This document shows, piece by piece, positions 1 through 7,347 of a DNA stretch of 64,000 nt (the stretch's first letter is position 1; each line of letters starts with the position of its first letter). Below the pieces are notes generated by a model that was not told the origin of the DNA, did no database searches, and was given only the letters and a program-made list of their open reading frames with translations. The position numbers were made by a program, and so were the translations under genes. This stretch comes from an uncultured virus (IMG/VR IMGVR_UViG_3300030202_001399) (lineage: Duplodnaviria; Heunggongvirae; Uroviricota; Caudoviricetes), in the IMG/VR virus record IMGVR_UViG_3300030202_001399; one strand, written 5' to 3'.

Positions 1-43
1 GTATTCTAAAGGGTCTATTTTTAGAACACTGAACCAACTCATC

Positions 44-391
44 TTAATCACCCGTATTTCCTCTAGACCTACTAGAGCCATATAATCTACTTCCAAACGC
101 TCTTTCAGCATCTCTTTCTGAGGTATCTTTGAAAGAAGAATCTGAATAATAATCAAACCTATTTTTATCTTGTAATTCTTCAACAGGGGTTGTTGGGTCA
201 TCGGGGTGATTCAACATTTCTACTCTAATTTTATCTCCTTCAATATCAACTACACGATATCTTGCACCACCCTGTATTCTACGAGGGTCATTTACAGAAT
301 ATCTTGTATCATAAGAATTAGAAACGACTATATCGCCTACTGCAAAATTTCTATTCTTTTTCAATACGTCTTCCCAACTTATCTTAATCAC
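44..391 (-). CDS. Hypothetical protein with SWEDVLKK N-terminal motif; possible SH3/KOW-like beta domain
   Basis: ORF overlaps the upstream ORF by 4 nt; 'FAVGDIVV...YRVVDIEGDKIRV' looks like a small beta-barrel; leader shared with neighbours. Confidence 0.65.
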   Translation of the reverse strand: MIKISWEDVLKKNRNFAVGDIVVSNSYDTRYSVNDPRRIQGGARYRVVDIEGDKIRVEMLNHPDDPTTPVEELQDKNRFDYYSDSSFKDTSERDAERAFGSRLYGSSRSRGNTGD

Positions 392-690
392 CTTCTTACC
401 AAACGTTGATACTCTCTCATATCTATTACCTTAAATGTTAATTCCCTGTCTATTTGGTTTCTGATAGAATCTATATCCTGATTTATCCTTTCTGGTCTAC
501 TATAAGTTGGAGGAAAATCAAAAACTGGGTGTGTTTTAAGTGAGTAAAGCATGTTTTGTATCTTTGCTATTGTTTGATTCCAATTCTTCATCGAATCTTC
601 AATATCGTCAATATCATAATCTACGAATGGATAACCTTCGTGCCTAAAAGGTTTCTTTGTTCTCTCTTTTATTATATCCTCCCAACTCAT
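388..690 (-). CDS. Hypothetical protein with MSWEDIIK leader
   Basis: Coupled ORF; conserved N-terminal motif. Confidence 0.7.
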   Translation of the reverse strand: MSWEDIIKERTKKPFRHEGYPFVDYDIDDIEDSMKNWNQTIAKIQNMLYSLKTHPVFDFPPTYSRPERINQDIDSIRNQIDRELTFKVIDMREYQRLVRR

Positions 691-1136
691 TTCAGCCCAC
701 TTCTTTTTAGTAACTCTATTTCATCTAGAACCTTTTTTGCAAACTCTCCTAGTCGTTCTAATTTTTCCTCTGTCATGTTGTCCATCCCCTTCTCTAGTGT
801 GTTTTTTGATAGACTCGATGAATACTTTGCTAAATCTTGAGTATATCTCATGAAATCTACCAACATCATTGATGGTACTGAATACTTCTTTATCGGTTTA
901 TGTGTGTAGATGTCTCCATCCTTGTGCATGAATATCTTACCATCTTTCTTCATCTGTGGTAAAACCTCATCCTTCAAGAACTTAGGGTCATCTTTGAAGT
1001 AAGACAATTCCAATAGGTTCTTCATTCCTAAAGCACCACCTTCTTTCTCTATCTCCTCAAGAACCATTCCCTCTGCTTCTCTAATTCTCATAGACATAGC
1101 AGTTGCTTCTGATTTCAATACGTCTTCCCAACTCAT
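687..1136 (-). CDS. Hypothetical protein with MSWEDVLK leader; possible winged-helix N-terminal half
   Basis: GGAGAGGTG SD-like sequence upstream; conserved N-terminal motif. Confidence 0.7.
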   Translation of the reverse strand: MSWEDVLKSEATAMSMRIREAEGMVLEEIEKEGGALGMKNLLELSYFKDDPKFLKDEVLPQMKKDGKIFMHKDGDIYTHKPIKKYSVPSMMLVDFMRYTQDLAKYSSSLSKNTLEKGMDNMTEEKLERLGEFAKKVLDEIELLKRSGLK

Positions 1137-1197
1137 TTTCGATACACCTCTCCCTGATTGTATAGCAACTCAAAATCAATCTCAGTAGTGTAATTCA

Positions 1198-1671
1198 TCA
1201 GTCACATCTCCATAGTTCCTCGTCTGAGATTAACTCATACTCGGACTCTAGCATGACATCCGACACATCGGCATACGATAATACTTCTGAATAACCAAGT
1301 GTTAACAGAAAGCCAATTAACTCAACCAAACTGGTTTCTTCTATTGGCCTCAGTATAGCAATCTTAGGATAATGAGACAACCGTTGATTTCTACGATATA
1401 CCATCTCCTTCAGAATGCCTTTCTTCCTGTGAACTGGTTTCACATAGTTATTGCCTATGAAATACCAAGTTCCCATATCAGCAAACGAGGTGTGAGCCAC
1501 TACTTCGTCATCTAGGAACTTCCCAATAACGAACAATCTCTCACAGACATGCTCAGGATAACCCTTCTCTAAAGCAGTCAGGAATCCATCTCCCCAACGA
1601 GTCTGAATTTCGCTCTCTCTCAAAAAGCCTGAGAACCATTCACCCTTCTCGTTCGTTTTTACAGGTAGCAA
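1198..1671 (-). CDS. GNAT-family acetyltransferase-like protein
   Basis: 'YVKPVHRKKGILKEM' matches GNAT motif A (V-x-P-x-x-R-x-x-G); 'LLTLGY' near the C-terminus. Confidence 0.6.
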   Translation of the reverse strand: MLPVKTNEKGEWFSGFLRESEIQTRWGDGFLTALEKGYPEHVCERLFVIGKFLDDEVVAHTSFADMGTWYFIGNNYVKPVHRKKGILKEMVYRRNQRLSHYPKIAILRPIEETSLVELIGFLLTLGYSEVLSYADVSDVMLESEYELISDEELWRCD

Positions 1672-2319
1672 TATGTTTATCCCCTTCTTTTTTCAAAAAA
1701 TGGCCCGGAATTTTTCTGCTACTAGCAAATTATTTTTTTTCTTTTGTTGTGCATTCCCAAGATAAGGATTTAACGAACGCCTGTTGTTACACAAGAATGT
1801 ATTTCTATTTGTATTTCCTGTTGTATTTAGTCGCACATTTAGTAGTGAACCTTTTTTTACAAACTTTCCTTTTAGGTGATTCTCCTTGACCATATCATAC
1901 AATCCGATAACACCCTAGTAGATTATTTTAACTCAAGAGATTAAAAAACAACAGGAAAAAAAATTTGGCATATGGTTGGATAAAAAACTGTTAGCATATG
2001 GTAGTATTTACTTTGTCAAAGCGTAGCGATGCTACCTCAAGAACTGAGGAGTCAGGACAGGGACAGTTGTTGCATGGTTAAGGATACATACCTGACTAAC
2101 TGCTTAGAATGTATTCCGGCTTCATCTAAGTCTAACTGCACTGCTACGCATAATCGCATGTCGAACTAACTGTTTGTCCATCATCCCCATTGTTCAAACA
2201 AGGCTGAGACTGCGAACTATTCTCATGAATCACCTTCGCTGGTGAAACCTCGCTTTCCCCTTAAGGGTGGAGTGGTCAGGGCTTACATCCCAAGTAGCCT
2301 TGTGAATGCCTGTTATGTA

Positions 2320-3069
2320 TTACTCTTCTTCCGAAGAGGCTTTGTCTCTTGCTTCTCTCAGCATCTCAATGACTGAGGGTTTGCATTCTGATGAATGCTT
2401 TGAAACAACATCGAAGTTGCAAGAGATGATTGGTTCTTCTGTTGAGAAGAGTTTCTTATCGAATGTCTCCGAGTAGATTACACTCTCAAAGACAGATTGT
2501 ATCTTCCCCATCAGTGGTGTGGGTAAGTCAACCAAATGCTGTTCAATAGCATCAGCCTTCTGAACTCTCTCAGTTGTCCATTCAGCAGTAAAGGTTAGTT
2601 TACTAGTGTATGTGTATGCTGTATAATCAACGAATAGTTTGACGTTCGCCTCTCCTACATCATTCTCAGAAACGATGTGGAACTTCTGAGAGTAAGAACC
2701 AAAATGATATGGTGCATCCAAGTAAAGGATGGTGCTTCCACGCCATTGTGGGTCAACAACTGTCTCTGTAATTTCCTCACTGACAACAGGCTCATCGTTA
2801 ACTTCGATGCCTTGTGCTACTAATTGGTTGATGACTGCTTGAGCCTCACTTCGATAGTTGAACACTAACTGACCGTTATACATCACAACTGTAAACTTAC
2901 TTTGAATGTTTTCAACAGTCTCAGATTCATAGGATGGTATCTCGGTATCCCAACTGTCCAAGTTGATTATGTTGTGCTTGGACAACTCAAGGTTAAGAAG
3001 TTCCTTCTCACTGCTGGTAAACCCGAATGGGTAAGATATCTCTACTGTTCTCTTGTGCTTCTGACTCAT
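2320..3069 (-). CDS. Hypothetical protein (249 aa)
   Basis: Long ORF, ATGA-coupled to the upstream ORF. Confidence 0.7.
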   Translation of the reverse strand: MSQKHKRTVEISYPFGFTSSEKELLNLELSKHNIINLDSWDTEIPSYESETVENIQSKFTVVMYNGQLVFNYRSEAQAVINQLVAQGIEVNDEPVVSEEITETVVDPQWRGSTILYLDAPYHFGSYSQKFHIVSENDVGEANVKLFVDYTAYTYTSKLTFTAEWTTERVQKADAIEQHLVDLPTPLMGKIQSVFESVIYSETFDKKLFSTEEPIISCNFDVVSKHSSECKPSVIEMLREARDKASSEEE

Positions 3070-3245
3070 TCAATCAACTCCTGTATGTTTGAGAGTCCTG
3101 CTCTCAACTCTGCTATCGCTAGGGATAGGTCATCACCACGAACCTTGAGGCTCTTGATGATAAGAACATGGTCAGAGCCTGATTTGGCATGACCAAGTTC
3201 CACTTCATAGGCGGGCATTTGTATGGGTACTTGTTGTGCTTCCAT
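3066..3245 (-). CDS. Hypothetical protein (start re-assigned to ATG at 3245, MEAQQVPIQ...)
   Basis: ATG directly follows the repeated promoter-like motif (...AAGGTC-ATG), as in the other cassettes. Confidence 0.6.
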   Translation of the reverse strand: MEAQQVPIQMPAYEVELGHAKSGSDHVLIIKSLKVRGDDLSLAIAELRAGLSNIQELIE

Positions 3246-3260
3246 GACCTTACAAATTAT

Positions 3261-3330
3261 CATCACCTTATGAGGTAAGGTCGCTGCGCTTCACAAAGTA
3301 TGCCTTACCATATGGTAGTGTTTACTTTGT
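3261..3330 (-). promoter_or_regulatory. Repeated cassette element: promoter-like motif plus palindrome (best copy)
   Basis: CATCACCTTATGAGGT at 3261-3276, then ACAAAGTA-N5-TACCATATGGTA-N5-TACTTTGT at 3293-3330. Confidence 0.8.
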
Positions 3331-3400
3331 CTCTCCGCACTACCTCAAAGGCTGATGAATCAGCCTAAGAGTGTAGGTGTAGAGGTGCAGGACTACCTAA

Positions 3401-3874
3401 TCAGTTGTCCCCCTTGTGAGCAGATACGAAACCTGCCTCAAGTTTGGTCATTAAGGTGTGAGCGACCATGTTCTCATTGCTTCCCCACGATGTTAGTGGT
3501 TCGTTGTTCTCATCCTTACGGCCTGAGAAGGTTGTGTGATATTCATATGCATCCTCCCCAAGAGTGATGGTTGTTATACCATCATGGGTAATCATCTGCA
3601 CAGTTTCAGCCCAAAGTGCTTGCAGTTCGTCAGATAGTCTTGCAACTCCCGATGCTCTGCTTGATGCTCTTCGTCCATTCAAAGGAGAGTCCTCAAATTG
3701 TGAGAGGATATCCTTGATAGTCCTTGACAGCCTTACTTGCTGTCGAGGGTCATTTGTTCCCTGAACTATGAAGTTCTTAGCCATATCAGCCGTGAACTTG
3801 TCATCAGGGGCAGTCAGTGTTTCAACGTAGTTAACTACGGTCTCGCTAAAGTCATTCCAATTTTCCATTGCCAT
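3401..3874 (-). CDS. Hypothetical protein
   Basis: 157-aa ORF with GGAG SD, downstream of a repeat element. Confidence 0.7.
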   Translation of the reverse strand: MAMENWNDFSETVVNYVETLTAPDDKFTADMAKNFIVQGTNDPRQQVRLSRTIKDILSQFEDSPLNGRRASSRASGVARLSDELQALWAETVQMITHDGITTITLGEDAYEYHTTFSGRKDENNEPLTSWGSNENMVAHTLMTKLEAGFVSAHKGDN

Positions 3875-3933
3875 TCATTTCATCTCCATTATAGTGTATC
3901 GCACCTCTACGACCTACATTAGTACACCAAGAA

Positions 3934-3992
3934 CATCACCTTATGAGGTAGTCTTTGACAAAGTATTGACTACCATATGGTGGGAACTTTGT
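3934..3992 (-). promoter_or_regulatory. Repeated cassette element
   Basis: CATCACCTTATGAGGT at 3934; ACAAAGTA-N5-TACCATATGGT..ACTTTGT at 3958-3992. Confidence 0.8.
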
Positions 3993-4159
3993 ATCCGATA
4001 ACACCTCGTAGGGTAGAGCAGACAGCCCCCTACTAATGAAATCCTTCCATTTCACTTCGGGGACTGCCTCCTCATTCAATTAACTCAATAATGAGAGGCT
4101 TCTTTCATATCTGCCGTTCTTAACCTGCCCATTATACTCAATTATTGAGCCTATCGAGT

Positions 4160-4465
4160 TTAAAATTGTCGAATTATTATTGAGTTATTACATTCAATCC
4201 AAATCGTATTATTGTCTAACCATTCCTTAACGTCATAGTCAGTTAAGCCCTTAACGTCATATGCTTCTTGAATCTCGTTGAAGTCCTTGTACTCTGTGAA
4301 GTCGCAACATATAGCGATAACGTCAAATTCTATTTCCTCGCCTATATCATCCTCTAACTCAATAAAATAATCATAGAGGCATTGAAGGCCGTTCCTGCTG
4401 AAGTTATCGGGGCGTATCTTCATGAATCCATCTATAAAATCGTATTCGCTTACGTTCTGTTTCAT
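4160..4465 (-). CDS. Acidic hypothetical phage protein
   Basis: 101-aa D/E-rich ORF; ATG immediately after the AAAGTC element of the repeat. Confidence 0.7.
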   Translation of the reverse strand: MKQNVSEYDFIDGFMKIRPDNFSRNGLQCLYDYFIELEDDIGEEIEFDVIAICCDFTEYKDFNEIQEAYDVKGLTDYDVKEWLDNNTIWIECNNSIIIRQF

Positions 4466-4480
4466 GACTTTATGGTTTTA

Positions 4481-4542
4481 CATCACCTTATGAGGTACTC
4501 CTCACAAAAGTATGTCTTACCATATGGTGGGGAAACTTTGTC
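4481..4542 (-). promoter_or_regulatory. Repeated cassette element
   Basis: CATCACCTTATGAGGT at 4481; CAAAAGTA..TACCATATGGT..ACTTTGT. Confidence 0.8.
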
Positions 4543-4578
4543 AGCGTAGCGGCACACCCCGAAGGGTGGCACGCTAAT

Positions 4579-4851
4579 CTAGTCAACTAAGTCATCACCA
4601 TGACAGTCTAACTGCCAAACGTATGAATCAACATCAACAGGCATCCACTTACCTGCATTGCACTTATCACAGGCAAAGTAGGCTTCAAACTCGTAGTTAC
4701 TCACCACGATATATTCACCTTCCTTAGTGTCCTTTGGTATTCTGACTCTAACTCTTGCATCCTCGACACTAACATGTTCATGCAGACAACCACTATACCC
4801 ATCTAGGTAAGCATGGTCAGCAGAAGTCATTCCATCAGGGTAGTTGCTCAT
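4579..4851 (-). CDS. Small putative Zn-binding protein (MSNYPDG...; CxH and CxxC)
   Basis: CLHEH and CDKC motifs; ATG at 4851 within the supplied ORF. Confidence 0.55.
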   Translation of the reverse strand: MSNYPDGMTSADHAYLDGYSGCLHEHVSVEDARVRVRIPKDTKEGEYIVVSNYEFEAYFACDKCNAGKWMPVDVDSYVWQLDCHGDDLVD

Positions 4852-4893
4852 TCCCACAACTCCCATGTATATTCATCAGTTTCAACTCTCATC

Positions 4894-5019
4894 TTAAGAA
4901 TCAAGATTCTCACCTTCCCATCCACAGCACTCACACCATGCATCCTCGATAAGTCCGAGGTATGCACCTGTAATTGTTACTTCTTTCTTGCATCCTTCAC
5001 ATTCCATTTCGTATTCCAT
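4894..5019 (-). CDS. 41-aa zinc-ribbon peptide (MEYEMECEGCKK...WCECCGW), not in the ORF track
   Basis: Hand translation; two CxxC motifs; ATG overlaps the TAA of the upstream ORF; GGAGG SD. Confidence 0.5.
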   Translation of the reverse strand: MEYEMECEGCKKEVTITGAYLGLIEDAWCECCGWEGENLDS

Positions 5020-5255
5020 TATTCTTCCTCCTTAAAATCACCATTCATCTCGAATTGACTATCATCACCATACATTGTTCCAAAGTAATAGATAGTAACA
5101 CCTTCAAACTTACCTGATAGTGTCTGAGGTTTCTTGTCCATTCTAACGTATTCATTGTATATCTCAAACACCTCTTCGTGTGTCAATTGTCTTGGCGACT
5201 TGATTTCCCACCTTCTCGTATCTACTGACCATTCCTCTATTTCATATGTACTCAT
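5019..5255 (-). CDS. Hypothetical protein
   Basis: Coupled to the 5252-5635 ORF. Confidence 0.6.
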   Translation of the reverse strand: MSTYEIEEWSVDTRRWEIKSPRQLTHEEVFEIYNEYVRMDKKPQTLSGKFEGVTIYYFGTMYGDDSQFEMNGDFKEEE

Positions 5256-5635
5256 TCTTCTTCACCTCTTTGCATCTTTCTCTCAAACTGACTGAAGTTC
5301 AACTCATTCAGTCTGACTAACCAGTTCTTGTATTCGCTGTTAAACTTCCGCTTGTTGTATGTGGTGGTATTACAATACCACTCAGCGTCCTTCAATCTTT
5401 CACAAAACTCGATAGTCATTATCTCGTAAAAGTCTTCCATGTCGTATACGTTATTCGCAAAGTTACATAGTAGCATTCTGCGTCTGAACTCCTCAACTGT
5501 GATTTCTTCCCACACATTGAATCCTACTCCGGCATTCGTTGCTAACATACCGAAACCGAACCCGTTAGTTAACGATAGTTCTCTCTCAGTAAATCCTTTG
5601 TCTATTCCATTCTCTATTCCTACTATAAGGGGCAT
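5252..5635 (-). CDS. Hypothetical protein
   Basis: ATG directly after the repeated promoter-like motif. Confidence 0.65.
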   Translation of the reverse strand: MPLIVGIENGIDKGFTERELSLTNGFGFGMLATNAGVGFNVWEEITVEEFRRRMLLCNFANNVYDMEDFYEIMTIEFCERLKDAEWYCNTTTYNKRKFNSEYKNWLVRLNELNFSQFERKMQRGEEE

Positions 5636-5651
5636 CGACCTTAGAAAAAAT

Positions 5652-5710
5652 CATCACCTTATGAGGGTCAACGGGCTACGCCCTCTACGAAAGTATACTG
5701 ACCATATGGT
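5652..5710 (-). promoter_or_regulatory. Repeated cassette element (degenerate right arm)
   Basis: CATCACCTTATGAGG at 5652; AAAGTA..ACCATATGGT at 5690-5710. Confidence 0.7.
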
Positions 5711-5774
5711 TGTGATAAAGTCAGACTTTACGCATGACAGCAGTTTTAGAGTGGTCTAGTGGGGTGGCACTTAC

Positions 5775-5803
5775 TTTATAAGGTGATGATTCGGAATAAG
5801 GTC
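5775..5803 (+). promoter_or_regulatory. Divergent copy of the promoter motif with a canonical TATA box
   Basis: TTTATAAGGTGATG-N9-AAGGTC, the same motif in the opposite orientation. Confidence 0.65.
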
Positions 5804-5944
5804 GTAGAGATTCATCTGTGGTATTTCACCATTGGTCTCTTATTTGTGCAGTAGTTTCTATACCCGCTTTTGTTAGACAATCGCTAGTTGTCCTTATTTA
5901 TTGATACCGCAAACTACTGACAATAGATAGAGTGTAATTCACAT

Positions 5945-6310
5945 TCCCTATATGTATAGTATATCATATATGTTATATGGATATCTTATCCCATATATAC
6001 ATACTACATATCGTAGTGTATTTACACAGAAATCTATTATTCTCATATATTCTCAATTTTATCATTGAGTGAGAAAATTAAAATGTGGCTAAACAGGCTA
6101 GAAATATAGATTATAATTAATATTATCATTTTATCAATATTATCATTATCTTATACTACTACTATATGTCCATATTCTTCTTCTCTCTCTCCTATGGAAA
6201 GCGTGATAAAATTGATAAAATGAGAAAATAGCACAAAAACGCTACACTGCTCTAATGTTGTATTTTATCAGTGAGTGAGAAAATATGATAATAAATGATA
6301 AAAGGACAAA
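5945..6310. repeat. AT-rich tract with iterated TGA(G/T)AAAAT-type and inverted TT(C/A)TCA motifs; origin candidate
   Basis: No ORF; lies at the coding-strand switch; GAGTGAGAAAAT occurs twice; many TGATAA/TTATCA copies. Confidence 0.45.
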
Positions 6311-6325
6311 CAGGTTGGAAATAAC

Positions 6326-6664
6326 ATGACAGAAAACAAGGAAAACAAATGGGGTGCGAAAGCACAAACAACAGAGAATGAAATCACTGGCAATGCCAGT
6401 TTAGATTCACAGAAGAGAATAGCAACGGTCTGCGATGAGATGAAGATGATGCTTCTTCAGAAGAACAATCAGTATGGAGATTCGGTATTGAATCCAATGC
6501 GATTCTTTTCTCATGCAGACCAAGAAGAACAAATCAAAGTCAGAATCGATGACAAGTTGAACAGGCTTGTCCAAGGTAATGACTCATTAGAATCAGATGA
6601 AGATATCATCAAGGACTTGATTGGATATCTGACTCTACTACTTGTCTCTAGAAGAGATGAGTAA
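6326..6664 (+). CDS. DUF1599 / nucleotide-modification-associated (MazG-like all-helical) protein
   Basis: 'LQKNNQYGDS...VRIDDKLNRL...DIIKDLIGY' pattern. Confidence 0.7.
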   Translation: MTENKENKWGAKAQTTENEITGNASLDSQKRIATVCDEMKMMLLQKNNQYGDSVLNPMRFFSHADQEEQIKVRIDDKLNRLVQGNDSLESDEDIIKDLIGYLTLLLVSRRDE

Positions 6665-6666
6665 TC

Positions 6667-7320
6667 ACACTCCACCAATGCTCGTAGAACCAAGAAGTCC
6701 TTAGCGGGATTTCGGTGAGCATGGAGATTCGGGGGTTTCCGAATAATTAGAAGGAAAGATACTAGGGTTGTAACAGAAACAACAAACGTCAAATCTAGCG
6801 AAGAGACTAGTAGTTGTGAAAAACGAGTTCGTCCAATGAGGCTTGGTTCACTGTACTCATTTGAGAAGCGGTGTGTTAAATTCCAAGTCGTGGAACAATT
6901 GGATGGCTTTGCGCTATAAAAAATAAAGCAGGTTAATTCGGTTACATAAACAATATTGGCTTTGTGTTCTACCACAGAGCAGTTCCCTACCCGTCGGTAT
7001 AGGCATAGCACTAACCTTCTTCCCCCCTCCAATTCAAACATCGGTTTACTGCGGTAAAAAAAGCAAATCAATAGCAGTGATGGGATTCATCTCCCCCATG
7101 CTTTTATCCGATATCACACTCGAAAGAGTATGGTGTTCGCTTGCGTAAGTCCTGACGAGGCAATAAGAACTTAATGAAGAGAATAAACCAGTTGCGGTGC
7201 AAAATCTTCGCCATACTATTCACACTCGTAAAGAGCAGAGTTGCTAACTAAAAAAGACAAAGCATATGCTGGGCAAGCATGTCAGCAAAGGGTCGTGGTG
7301 GCTCTAGTCTTCTCTGCTTT
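6667..7320 (+). ncRNA. Candidate tandem cluster of structured ncRNAs
   Basis: About 650 nt with no plausible ORF; many nested complementary stems; CACA(C/T)TC linkers between units. Confidence 0.5.
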
Positions 7321-7347
7321 CACATTCAATTAATAGGAGAAATAAAA

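Noticed and set aside
1693..1902. 69-aa K/N-rich ORF
   Set aside because: Likely a by-product of homopolymer tracts; no supporting motif
3261..5710. CRISPR array
   Set aside because: Repeats are hundreds of bp apart and separated by genes; the Cas4-like gene is a solo replication-cluster nuclease
6679..6985. Canonical RNase P RNA (GAAGTCC ... GGCTT as P4)
   Set aside because: No room for P2/P3, and both segments form better local hairpins; only the S-domain-like module is kept as a finding
6511..7071. 186-aa minus-strand ORF
   Set aside because: Antisense to the DUF1599-like gene and the structured region; no recognisable protein features
7115..7165. Hammerhead ribozyme (GAAA ... CTGACGAG)
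   Set aside because: Stems II and III and the NUH site could not be formed; CCTGACGAGG is better explained as a small hairpin
5800..7330. tRNA genes
   Set aside because: No cloverleaf with a GTTCRA T-loop and matching acceptor stem found by eye
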